Assembly: GCA_964549115.1 (NCBI GenBank)
Contig: CAZJTX010000001.1
Coordinates: 1 to 54,493, forward strand
Reading direction: 5' to 3'
DNA length: 54,493 nucleotides
Source of the DNA: an uncultured Muribaculaceae bacterium
GTDB lineage: Bacteria > Bacillota_I > Bacilli_A > RF39 > UBA660
A model generated the notes under the pieces. That model did no database searches, was not told the DNA's origin, and saw only the letters and a list, made by a program, of their open reading frames with translations. Positions 30,731 to 38,897 of the stretch are shown here, one piece after another. The number at the start of each line of letters is the position of its first letter. Within the stretch, counting starts at the first letter, position 1. Position numbers and translations under genes: made by a program.

Positions 30731-31786
30731 CTAGCAAGTTTTTGTTCTTTTATTTTCTTGATTTTTTAACTGTTTGGCAAAAACTTTCAATATACCGTTT
30801 TTCAAATCGATAAATTCCAAGTAAATCTCCCCTATACCCGGAAATTTTTCATATGGTAAATCCATATCATATAATCTATATGGAGTAATCATATACTTTT
30901 CGAAATCAGAAATATACTCTAAGGTTTTAAATAATGAATCCTTATTATTTTCAAGTTTATTCATAAGTTCCAATTTGAAATATTCAAACATACACTTTTG
31001 AACTAGACCTGGACCATTATAAAACAAATTTGGATTATCATTGTGGTGCTGAGTTAAATATAGAAATTCAATAATATTAAATACTTTACGATTACTTTCT
31101 GAGTCAACATATTTATTTAATTCTAAAATTATATTATCTATACCGTTTGCTTTAAAATATTCTCCTGCCATAAATTCAAAAGATAGAATCGTACATAATT
31201 GTCCTACAAACGCAGTGGCAAACTCATAGTAATAAACATTGTTATCAATGGTTGGAAATGCTCTGTTAGTAATTATGTCTGTCATACCTTCTGTTATTCC
31301 CATATTATATGAAACGTTCTTATTATAATCTATTTTTGTAAAACCTGTATAAAGCACATTTTCTTTAGAATCAAATCTACTACTAGCTAAATGGGTTAAT
31401 TCATGCAAATAAATTGAAGAAACTATTTTTATTAAATAATCAACTTTAAATTTTTGACCATTTGCTTGACTAATAAGGTCAACTACACTATTTAAACAAA
31501 ACATAATTTCATTTTCTAATAATGAATAAAAAGCAAAAGTTACACCGTCGTTATCAGTTACTTTGTCATCAGATAAATACTTCTTTTCATTCAATCGGTA
31601 ACCAAATTTTACTTTTTCCAAATTATTAATAAATCTAAAATGAAAATTTTTCGGAATTATCTCAAACAAATATAATATAAGTTCTTTCTTATTTTTTAAA
31701 TGTTTTAATTTATCAAAATTTATATTATGGTTTAAATTTGATTTTGTCTTTATTTCAGTTTTATACTTTATCACAACATACTCCAT
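30731..31786 (-). CDS. Hypothetical protein with HExxH motif (putative zinc metallopeptidase), 351 aa
   Basis: YLHELTHLAS, with a downstream GITEGMTD as a possible third ligand region. No signal peptide or TM segment seen. Confidence 0.55.
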   Translation of the reverse strand: MEYVVIKYKTEIKTKSNLNHNINFDKLKHLKNKKELILYLFEIIPKNFHFRFINNLEKVKFGYRLNEKKYLSDDKVTDNDGVTFAFYSLLENEIMFCLNSVVDLISQANGQKFKVDYLIKIVSSIYLHELTHLASSRFDSKENVLYTGFTKIDYNKNVSYNMGITEGMTDIITNRAFPTIDNNVYYYEFATAFVGQLCTILSFEFMAGEYFKANGIDNIILELNKYVDSESNRKVFNIIEFLYLTQHHNDNPNLFYNGPGLVQKCMFEYFKLELMNKLENNKDSLFKTLEYISDFEKYMITPYRLYDMDLPYEKFPGIGEIYLEFIDLKNGILKVFAKQLKNQENKRTKTC

Positions 31787-31858
31787 CCATTAGTTTGTTA
31801 TTATATCAAAACTTAAATAAAAATTACAAATAATATAAATAGTTGGTATAATATATTT

Positions 31859-32653
31859 ATGAAAGATATTATAAAAGATATGTTATACGAAATTGATCCG
31901 AAAGTTAAGAAAAGACAAAAATGGTTTAAAATAGGAATTCTTATTTTAATTTTGGTAAGTATTCTTTTAGTAAATATATTTTTACTTAATAGTGCTTCTT
32001 TCAAACAAAAAGAAGAAATTAGAGAACTTCAACAATATATTAAAGAAAAAGAAAACATTAAACATACTGATAAAATTATTAAAGAGCATTTAGATTACGT
32101 TAATACTCATATAAGAGATATTGATTTTGAAAAGTTAAAAGAAATTAATAAAGAAACATATGGGTGGATTCAATTAAACGGAACCAAAGTTAATTATCCA
32201 TTTTTAAAAACTAATAATAATGATTATTATCAATCCCATTCTTTTTACAAGAAAAACAACAACAACGGATGGGCTTTTATGGATCATAATACTAACTTAA
32301 ACGACAACCATATAATAATATACGGAATAAATATTAATAAAAAAGAGATGTTTGGGGATTTAAAAAGAACATTAAGTAAAAATTGGTTTGAAAGTAAAAC
32401 TAGTCATTTTATTAAAATACTTACAGAAGAAGAAATGAATATATGGAAAATATATAGTGTTTATAAATCCAAAGAACTAATTACAAAAAAAACTTTTAAC
32501 CAAACAGAGCTTAGTGAGTTTTTAAACACTACTAGTAAAGCAAGCATCCATTCATTTAACGAAAACACAGCCGGAACGGACAAAGTATTAACCATAACTA
32601 CACATCTAGATAAAAATGAATACATAGTTATACATGCTTTATTAATTAAATAA
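31859..32653 (+). CDS. Sortase B (class B) homolog lacking the canonical catalytic residues
   Basis: N-terminal TM segment. INKETYGWIQLNGTKVNYPFLKTNNNDYY, GWAFMD, HIIIYGIN and KVLTITTH align by eye with S. aureus SrtB segments INKDIVGWIKLSGTSLNYPVLQ, GSIFMD, NTILYGHH and RIMTLSTC. Confidence 0.7.
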   Translation: MKDIIKDMLYEIDPKVKKRQKWFKIGILILILVSILLVNIFLLNSASFKQKEEIRELQQYIKEKENIKHTDKIIKEHLDYVNTHIRDIDFEKLKEINKETYGWIQLNGTKVNYPFLKTNNNDYYQSHSFYKKNNNNGWAFMDHNTNLNDNHIIIYGININKKEMFGDLKRTLSKNWFESKTSHFIKILTEEEMNIWKIYSVYKSKELITKKTFNQTELSEFLNTTSKASIHSFNENTAGTDKVLTITTHLDKNEYIVIHALLIK

Positions 32654-32655
32654 GT

Positions 32656-32687
32656 TAAAAAGAAGGTGTAATATAACCTTCTTTTTT
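32656..32687 (+). terminator. Intrinsic terminator of the sortase-like gene
   Basis: AGAAGGT-GTAATATA-ACCTTCT followed by a T-run. Confidence 0.6.
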
Positions 32688-32698
32688 GGACACAAAAA

Positions 32699-32784
32699 AG
32701 AGAACACACCGTTAAATTGAATTAACTAAATGTGCTCTCTAAATACATATTATCATATTAAAATTATTTGTCAATACTTTTTTA
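32699..32784 (-). repeat. Intergenic repeat, copy 1 (promoter-like element plus hairpin and T-run)
   Basis: Roughly 80% identical by eye to 34735-34820. Minus strand reads TTGACA (32774-32769), 16 nt spacer, TG-A-TAATAT (32752-32747), then AGAGAGCACA...GTTAA-loop-TTAAC...TGTGTTCTCT and TTTTTT. Confidence 0.55.
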
Positions 32785-33441
32785 TTATTTTGTAAAAAGT
32801 GTTTGTACTGCGGTTAATAATGCTAGTGAAAAAAAGAGCAATGTAGAAATGGTTAAACTTTGGAAACCAGGCATTATATAAACAAAATTAATTATAATCA
32901 AAAAGAATATGATAATTCCTTTAACAAACGATATAACTTTAACTAATCTATTTTTAGCAGAAGAAGCCATCAATGGCTCGTCCTTTAATTCCGGATATTT
33001 TTTATCCAAATAATTATTAACTAAATGTCTTATCAATTCTTTTATTATAAATAATATAAGTACCGTTGATATTATTAAAAATACCATGAACGCAACACCC
33101 CTTGGTTCACTACCTAAAAACCTTAATACTCTATTAACATTACCGACGTTTATCAAGTTAGTTATTAGTTTATATATTTGGAAAATTAATATTAACGAAA
33201 TTAAAACAAAAAATATTGTTTTTTTAATGTTCCAGGGTTTTGGTTCATAATTTTCAAAATGTTCTTCGAGCAACAAAACTAAACTGCTTAATACTCCTAG
33301 TATAATTGCGCTTACAAAAACTGAAAACATCAAATAATATAATAAGTACGGATCTATTACATACAATAAAAATAACGACGCAAATATTGTTATTATAGAA
33401 GCCTTCATAAACTTAATTAAAGATCTGGCATTTATTTTCAC
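32785..33441 (-). CDS. Hypothetical polytopic membrane protein, 218 aa
   Basis: Five or six hydrophobic segments; no family motif recognised. Confidence 0.6.
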   Translation of the reverse strand: MKINARSLIKFMKASIITIFASLFLLYVIDPYLLYYLMFSVFVSAIILGVLSSLVLLLEEHFENYEPKPWNIKKTIFFVLISLILIFQIYKLITNLINVGNVNRVLRFLGSEPRGVAFMVFLIISTVLILFIIKELIRHLVNNYLDKKYPELKDEPLMASSAKNRLVKVISFVKGIIIFFLIIINFVYIMPGFQSLTISTLLFFSLALLTAVQTLFTK

Positions 33442-33477
33442 ATTAACTCCTTATAACAATATTATATCAAATCTGAT

Positions 33478-34542
33478 TTATAAAAAATGTCCAAATCTTG
33501 ATTTATCTTCAAACTTTACATTGCTATATTCATTTACTAAGTTTTCTACCTTACATTCTTTATATAGATTTTTATTAGCTTTCAAATAACCTATATTACT
33601 ATTTATATTAATAGCCAGGGGTTCTTTAATTCCTATGGCATATGATAACTCAACTACACACCATATTAATTTGTTTTTTTGCAAATATTTTACGGCAATA
33701 TCCCTAGCTTTATAAGTTGCTGATCTATCTACTTTAGTTAAATCTTTACCACTTAAGGCTCCTCCCCCAATATTAGCAAAAGTTTGATAAGTATCTACTG
33801 CTAGTTTTCTACCAGTTAAACCAGAGTCTCCTTCAAATCCTCCTATTAAGAATTTACCAGTTGGATTTATCAAAAAATCTTCCACCTCTATATTATATTT
33901 ACTACATATTTTAAGAGCTATATCTTTAATGATTTTATCTGTTTTATCTCTTTCTAATTCGGTATTGTTATAACTAATAATGAAATATTTTATTTTCTTT
34001 AATTTGTTATAAGAATAATAACCGGTTATTTGCGCTTTACCATCTGGTAAAAACCTATTATCTTTTAATCTTAACTTGTCATACTCCATACTTAATTTTT
34101 GTAAAATCACCATCGCAGTTGGCAAATATTCTTTTGTATCATCACATGCATAACCATACATAATGCCTTGATCCCCCGCTCCCATTTGGTCAACTCCAAT
34201 AGATATATCAGCACTTTGTTTGCCAACATTATTTATAATTTCATAATTGGTACTATAACCTATATCTTTTAATACTCTTTTTACTGTTTTTTCATAATCA
34301 ATTTCTGCTTTAGAGTTAACCTCTCCTGTTATAAAGATTATTCCTTTGCCACCTACTACCTCAATACCACATCTACTCAATTTATCTTTAGATAAATATT
34401 CATCAAGCAGGGCATCACTTATTTGATCGCACACTTTATCCGGATGACCCCTAAACACTATTTCATTACTCTTTAATATTAAGTTTTCCCCTTCTTCATT
34501 TTTTGGATATTTTTCTTGATAATCCATAATACTTTTAGACAT
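33478..34542 (-). CDS. metK: S-adenosylmethionine synthetase (short, 354 aa)
   Basis: GHPDKVCDQISDALLD, GAGDQGIMYGYA and GGGALSGKD motifs. Preceded by a SAM-I riboswitch. Confidence 0.9.
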   Translation of the reverse strand: MSKSIMDYQEKYPKNEEGENLILKSNEIVFRGHPDKVCDQISDALLDEYLSKDKLSRCGIEVVGGKGIIFITGEVNSKAEIDYEKTVKRVLKDIGYSTNYEIINNVGKQSADISIGVDQMGAGDQGIMYGYACDDTKEYLPTAMVILQKLSMEYDKLRLKDNRFLPDGKAQITGYYSYNKLKKIKYFIISYNNTELERDKTDKIIKDIALKICSKYNIEVEDFLINPTGKFLIGGFEGDSGLTGRKLAVDTYQTFANIGGGALSGKDLTKVDRSATYKARDIAVKYLQKNKLIWCVVELSYAIGIKEPLAININSNIGYLKANKNLYKECKVENLVNEYSNVKFEDKSRFGHFL

Positions 34543-34563
34543 ATTGTCTCCCTTCTATCCAAT

Positions 34564-34684
34564 AAAAAAATGCCCAAGATAACTTGTGCATCTAAAGTCA
34601 TCTTATCAATCTAGCATTACCACCTAACTTAATAGGTTGGTGTGACTTCATAGGGCTAGTCCCTCCATCACTCTTTATAAGATG
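34564..34684 (-). promoter_or_regulatory. SAM-I (S-box) riboswitch with expression-platform terminator
   Basis: Minus strand reads CATCTTATAAAGAGTGATGGAGGGACTAGCCCTATGAAGTCACACCAACC...GGTGGTAATGCTAGATTGATAAGATG, matching the S-box core (CTTATCAAGAG..GGAGGGA.TGGCCC.ATGAA...CAACC...GGTGCTAA...AGATAAG). It is followed by hairpin ATGCACAAG-TTAT-CTTGGGCAT and T7. Confidence 0.85.
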
Positions 34685-34689
34685 TATTA

Positions 34690-34718
34690 ATTATATATTC
34701 TTCTTTTTAATATGTCAA
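34690..34718 (-). promoter_or_regulatory. Consensus promoter of the metK leader
   Basis: Minus strand reads TTGACA (34718-34713), 17 nt spacer, TATAAT (34695-34690), a few nt upstream of the riboswitch P1 helix. Confidence 0.6.
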
Positions 34719-34734
34719 ATATAACATAAAAAAT

Positions 34735-34820
34735 AGAGAACACAGCCGTTAAAATTAATTAACAATTGTGGTCTCTATATACATAATACCAAATATAAAT
34801 TATTTGTCAATACTTTTTTA
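34735..34820 (-). repeat. Intergenic repeat, copy 2 (promoter-like element plus hairpin and T-run)
   Basis: Minus strand reads TTGACA (34810-34805), 16 nt spacer, TG-G-TATTAT (34788-34783), then AGAGACCACA...GTTAA-loop-TTAAC...TGTGTTCTCT and ATTTTTT. It lies between the leuS stop and the metK promoter. Confidence 0.55.
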
Positions 34821-34824
34821 ACAT

Positions 34825-37194
34825 TTATTTATCTTTTACAACAAAGTTAATTAACTTGTTTGGAACTACAAATGTTTTTATTACTTCTTTATCTTCTAAT
34901 AACATTTTAATTTTTGGTTCATTTACTGCAATTTCTTTTATCTCATCATCGGTTAAACCCATTTCACATTCTGTTACTGCTCTGTTTTTACTATTTATTT
35001 GAACAACTAAATTAAATGTGTCTTCTTTTGTTTTAGACTCATCATAACTTGGGAACTCTGATGTTGATAATATGTCTTTATAATCTAAGACATCTTCGGC
35101 TAATTCTTCTGTTATAAATGGCGCTATAGGATTTAATAATTTTAATAAACCTAACGCATATTCTCTTGGAAATTCTTTTTCTTTATATACTGCATTAACA
35201 AATATCATCATTTGACTAATAGCTGTATTATAATCTAAGGTTTCATAGTCACTTGTTACTTTTTTAATAGTTTGATGATATACCTTTTCTAATGTCTTGT
35301 TAAAATTATCAGTTATTATATTTTCTTCCTTGTATAACTTCCAAACTCTTTCCAAAAACTTTCTTGCTCCAAAAACTCCGGTTGTAGACCAAGGTTTTGA
35401 AGATTCAATTGGCCCCATAAACATTAAGTATAATCTTAAAGCATCTGCTCCAAATTCATCAATTATTTCATTTGGATTTACAACATTACCCTTTGATTTA
35501 GACATTTTTTCATTATTTGAACCAAGTATCATTCCTTGGTGAATTAATTTTTGAAATGGTTCTTTAACTGGGACTATTCCCTTATCAAACATAAATCTAT
35601 TCCAAAATCTTGAATATAGCAAATGCCCTACTGCGTGTTCTGGACCACCTAAATATAAATCTACTGGTAACCAATGATCCATCAATTCTTTAGAAGCTAG
35701 TTCATTATTATTATGTGGATCTAAATACCTTAACCAATACCATGATGAAGCTGCTGAGCCCGGCATAGTATTTGTTTCTCTTAAACCCTTTTTACCGTCT
35801 ATTACAACATTCTTCCACTCTATGGCATTATCTAATGGAGCTTGGCCATCTTTTGCTTTGTAACCATCTAATTCGGGCAATATTAAAGGAAGTTCATCTT
35901 CTTTTAATAACTCCATGCTGCCATCTTCAAAATGTACAATTGGAATTGGTTCTCCCCAATATCTTTGTCTTGCAAATATCCAATCTCTTAATTTATAGTT
36001 AATACTTTTTCTACCTTTATTATATTTTTCTAACCAAGTTGTAATTACATCTATAGCTTCTTCAAATGTTTTATTTTCAAATAGTTCCGAATTAATATAA
36101 TTACCATCTTCATCAATAACTGGTATAATTTCTAATTTGAATTTTGAAGCAAACTCAAAATCTCTCTCATCGTGAGCAGGTACCCCCATAATTGCACCCG
36201 TTCCGTATGAGGTTAATACATAGTCTGCTATCCAAATTGGAATACGTTTACCATTTACAGGATTAATCGCATATGCACCGGTAAAGCATCCTGTTTTATC
36301 TTCATTCATATCAGTTCTTAATAACTCTGACTTCAGCTCAGCTTCTTTTTGATAAGCTTTTATTTTTTCTTTGAATTCATTAGTAACAATTTCTCCTACT
36401 AACTCATGTTCCGGAGATAATACACAATAAGTTACCCCATATATTGTATCCGCTCTTGTTGTAAATACCTCAAAAGATTTATCTGTTCCATCTATTTCAA
36501 ATATTATATTGGCCCCATTAGATTTACCAATCCAATTTCTTTGAATTTCTTTTGTGGATTCTGGCCAGTCTATATTATTTAATCCATCTAACAATTCATC
36601 AGCATAATCAGTTATTTTCATAACCCATTGTTTCATGTTTTTTCTAATAACAGGAAAACCACCGCGTTCACTTTTCCCATCAATTATTTCATCATTTGCT
36701 AAAACTGTTCCTAATTCTTCACACCAGTTAACTGGCATATCAATATATTCAACTAAACCTTCTTTATATAGTTGCATAAATATCCATTGAGTCCATTTAT
36801 AATAATCAGCATCTGATGTAACTATTTTTTTAGACCAATCAAAATCATATCCCATTTTTTTAAGTTGATCTACAAATATATCTATATTTTTTTGAGTGAA
36901 TCCTTCTGGGTGATTTCCAGTGTTAATTGCATATTGTTCTGAAGGTAATCCAAACGAATCAAATCCCATTGGATGTAACACATTAAAGCCCTGCATTCGT
37001 TTAACTCTTGATAATATATCAGTTGCAGTATAGCCTATAGCGTGTCCAACATGTAATCCTTCTCCTGATGTATATGGAAACATATCCAAAATATAAAACT
37101 TAGGCTTAGAAAAATCCCACACATCTGTTTTAAATGCATCGCTTTCTTCCCAACGCTTACTCCATTTTGTTTCTATTTTCTTGTGATTATACAT
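34825..37194 (-). CDS. leuS: Leucine--tRNA ligase
   Basis: HVGH (HIGH-type) motif PYTSGEGLHVGHAIGY, KMSKS motif, 789 aa. Confidence 0.97.
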   Translation of the reverse strand: MYNHKKIETKWSKRWEESDAFKTDVWDFSKPKFYILDMFPYTSGEGLHVGHAIGYTATDILSRVKRMQGFNVLHPMGFDSFGLPSEQYAINTGNHPEGFTQKNIDIFVDQLKKMGYDFDWSKKIVTSDADYYKWTQWIFMQLYKEGLVEYIDMPVNWCEELGTVLANDEIIDGKSERGGFPVIRKNMKQWVMKITDYADELLDGLNNIDWPESTKEIQRNWIGKSNGANIIFEIDGTDKSFEVFTTRADTIYGVTYCVLSPEHELVGEIVTNEFKEKIKAYQKEAELKSELLRTDMNEDKTGCFTGAYAINPVNGKRIPIWIADYVLTSYGTGAIMGVPAHDERDFEFASKFKLEIIPVIDEDGNYINSELFENKTFEEAIDVITTWLEKYNKGRKSINYKLRDWIFARQRYWGEPIPIVHFEDGSMELLKEDELPLILPELDGYKAKDGQAPLDNAIEWKNVVIDGKKGLRETNTMPGSAASSWYWLRYLDPHNNNELASKELMDHWLPVDLYLGGPEHAVGHLLYSRFWNRFMFDKGIVPVKEPFQKLIHQGMILGSNNEKMSKSKGNVVNPNEIIDEFGADALRLYLMFMGPIESSKPWSTTGVFGARKFLERVWKLYKEENIITDNFNKTLEKVYHQTIKKVTSDYETLDYNTAISQMMIFVNAVYKEKEFPREYALGLLKLLNPIAPFITEELAEDVLDYKDILSTSEFPSYDESKTKEDTFNLVVQINSKNRAVTECEMGLTDDEIKEIAVNEPKIKMLLEDKEVIKTFVVPNKLINFVVKDK

Positions 37195-37235
37195 ATTCCT
37201 CCCACATTTCTATAAATAAAAATTAATATTATATA

Positions 37236-37970
37236 TTATATTATATCATTAATTAATTTTTCCACATTTTTTAAATCTTCTTTACTATTAATTCCTATTA
37301 TTTCATTATTATCAGAAATTTCAAAAGTTTTCACCTTTAAATTATTTTCATAAAATATATTTATAACATCTGTTAAATAATATTCATTATTTTTATTATC
37401 AGTTGTTAATTTATTAAGAGCTTCTTTTAAATGTTTTCCTTTAAAAATATATGTTCCCGAATTTATTTCTTTTATACTCTTTTCTTCTTTAGTAGCATCT
37501 GCTTCTTCAACTATTTTAATTACGTTACCAGTTTCATCTTTTAATATTCTTCCATATCCAAAAGGATCGTCCATTATAGCAGTTAGTATTATTCCATCTA
37601 AATTATCTGTGTTGTAGTAATCTAACAAAGAAGCTAATGTGCTACTTTTTATTAATGGAACATCTCCACAAAGTATCAATACATTATCGGAATCATTGAT
37701 ATGTGGTATAGCTTGCATAACGGCATATCCAGTTCCATAAGGTTTATCATCCCCAGTTGGTTGATAAATAAAATACTCTCCTTTAAAAGCTTCTTTAACT
37801 TCTTCTTGTTTATAACCCACTATTATATAGTTGTTTTTAAATCCTGCACCTTTACTTGCTTTTAATACGTAAGAAAGTAATTCTTCACCATTTAATTTAT
37901 GCAACACCTTAGGTAAATCAGATTCCATCCTTGTGCCCTTACCCGCAGCTAAAATAATACTAATATCCAT
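37236..37970 (-). CDS. GlmU-like sugar-1-phosphate uridylyltransferase domain only (244 aa; no left-handed beta-helix acetyltransferase domain)
   Basis: ILAAGKGTRMESDLPKVLH, YGTGYAV, LCGDVPLI, FGYGRI, EINSGTYIF and EYYLTDV align with the GlmU N-terminal domain. The ORF ends where the GlmU linker/LbH domain would begin. Confidence 0.75.
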   Translation of the reverse strand: MDISIILAAGKGTRMESDLPKVLHKLNGEELLSYVLKASKGAGFKNNYIIVGYKQEEVKEAFKGEYFIYQPTGDDKPYGTGYAVMQAIPHINDSDNVLILCGDVPLIKSSTLASLLDYYNTDNLDGIILTAIMDDPFGYGRILKDETGNVIKIVEEADATKEEKSIKEINSGTYIFKGKHLKEALNKLTTDNKNNEYYLTDVINIFYENNLKVKTFEISDNNEIIGINSKEDLKNVEKLINDII

Positions 37971-37971
37971 T

Positions 37972-38298
37972 TTATAACTCCTTTGTTTTATCTTTATTTA
38001 TATATAATTTTTCTAAACTTAAACGATTCATATCATATATAGCTTTTGCTTTTTCATAATCTTTAACATAAATAGACTTTACTATTGATTCTATTGTTCC
38101 AAAATATATCATGTTATATATTACTTCTTTATTTTCATCTTCATTAATAAAATCAATTAGTGTAGCAGATATTTCTCTATGATATGCTTGCTCTTCCATA
38201 CCCATATGATTATTTATAAAAAAATTAATAATTTGTTTGTAATCAACTCTCGCATCTACATTTTCAATACTTTCAATTAAATAACAATCTTTTTCCAT
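37972..38298 (-). CDS. Hypothetical small protein, 108 aa
   Basis: ORF tightly packed between the glmU-like gene and queH (1 nt and 8 nt gaps). No motif recognised. Confidence 0.5.
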   Translation of the reverse strand: MEKDCYLIESIENVDARVDYKQIINFFINNHMGMEEQAYHREISATLIDFINEDENKEVIYNMIYFGTIESIVKSIYVKDYEKAKAIYDMNRLSLEKLYINKDKTKEL

Positions 38299-38306
38299 AT
38301 ACCCTC

Positions 38307-38897
38307 CTATATGTTTTCTTTACTACTTAAACACCCACAATAATCTTGTCTATACAGGCCATATTCTTTTGAGAACTCTATACTCTTTTTATATCCATCA
38401 TTCTTTTTAAAATCTGAGACTAAATATTTAATGTTGTATTTTCGTTCTAAATTAAGACCTATTTTATTAATTATATTACTATTTTTATATGGGGAGACCG
38501 TTAGAGTGGTTGTAAAATAATCATATTTTAAATCCTTAGCTAACTTTGCTGTTTTTTCTAATCTCAACGTATAACAAATATCACATCTAGATCCACCTTC
38601 TGGTTCATCTTTTAAATTAATTGTTTTAGATGTAAATAACTCATTATCATAATTATCATCTATTATTTTAATATGTTTATAATTGCTTAAAAACTTTAAC
38701 AACTCTTCTTTTCTTTTTAAATACTCTTCATAAGGTTCTATATTAGGATTATAAAAATATATACTTATATTAAAATATTTATCCAAATAACTTATTACAT
38801 ATGTAGAGCAAGGACCACAACAAGCGTGTAGTAAAAGACTTGGTTCATTTTTTAAATTATTAATTATATTTTGTAATTCTTTATCATAATTGATCAT
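38307..38897 (-). CDS. queH: Epoxyqueuosine reductase QueH (DUF208)
   Basis: LLLHACCGPCSTYV, YFYNPNIEPYEEY and CxxC...YCGC cysteine motifs. I chose the start MINYDKEL; the longer ORF-track N-terminus would overlap divIB heavily. Confidence 0.8.
   Translation of the reverse strand: MINYDKELQNIINNLKNEPSLLLHACCGPCSTYVISYLDKYFNISIYFYNPNIEPYEEYLKRKEELLKFLSNYKHIKIIDDNYDNELFTSKTINLKDEPEGGSRCDICYTLRLEKTAKLAKDLKYDYFTTTLTVSPYKNSNIINKIGLNLERKYNIKYLVSDFKKNDGYKKSIEFSKEYGLYRQDYCGCLSSKENI

Noticed and set aside
31813-32004. 63-aa minus-strand ORF overlapping the start of the sortase-like gene
   Set aside because: Hydrophobic low-complexity shadow of the plus-strand TM-encoding region, with no RBS.
32461-32709. 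82-aa minus-strand ORF overlapping the 3' end of the sortase-like gene and its terminator
   Set aside because: It runs through two hairpin terminators and is antisense to a gene with clear homology. If this strand is transcribed here, the transcript is more likely non-coding (see the repeat-module finding).
37195-37235. Looked for a T-box leader upstream of leuS
   Set aside because: Only 41 nt separate leuS from the upstream gene, which is far too short for a T-box. No specifier or T-box sequence is visible.
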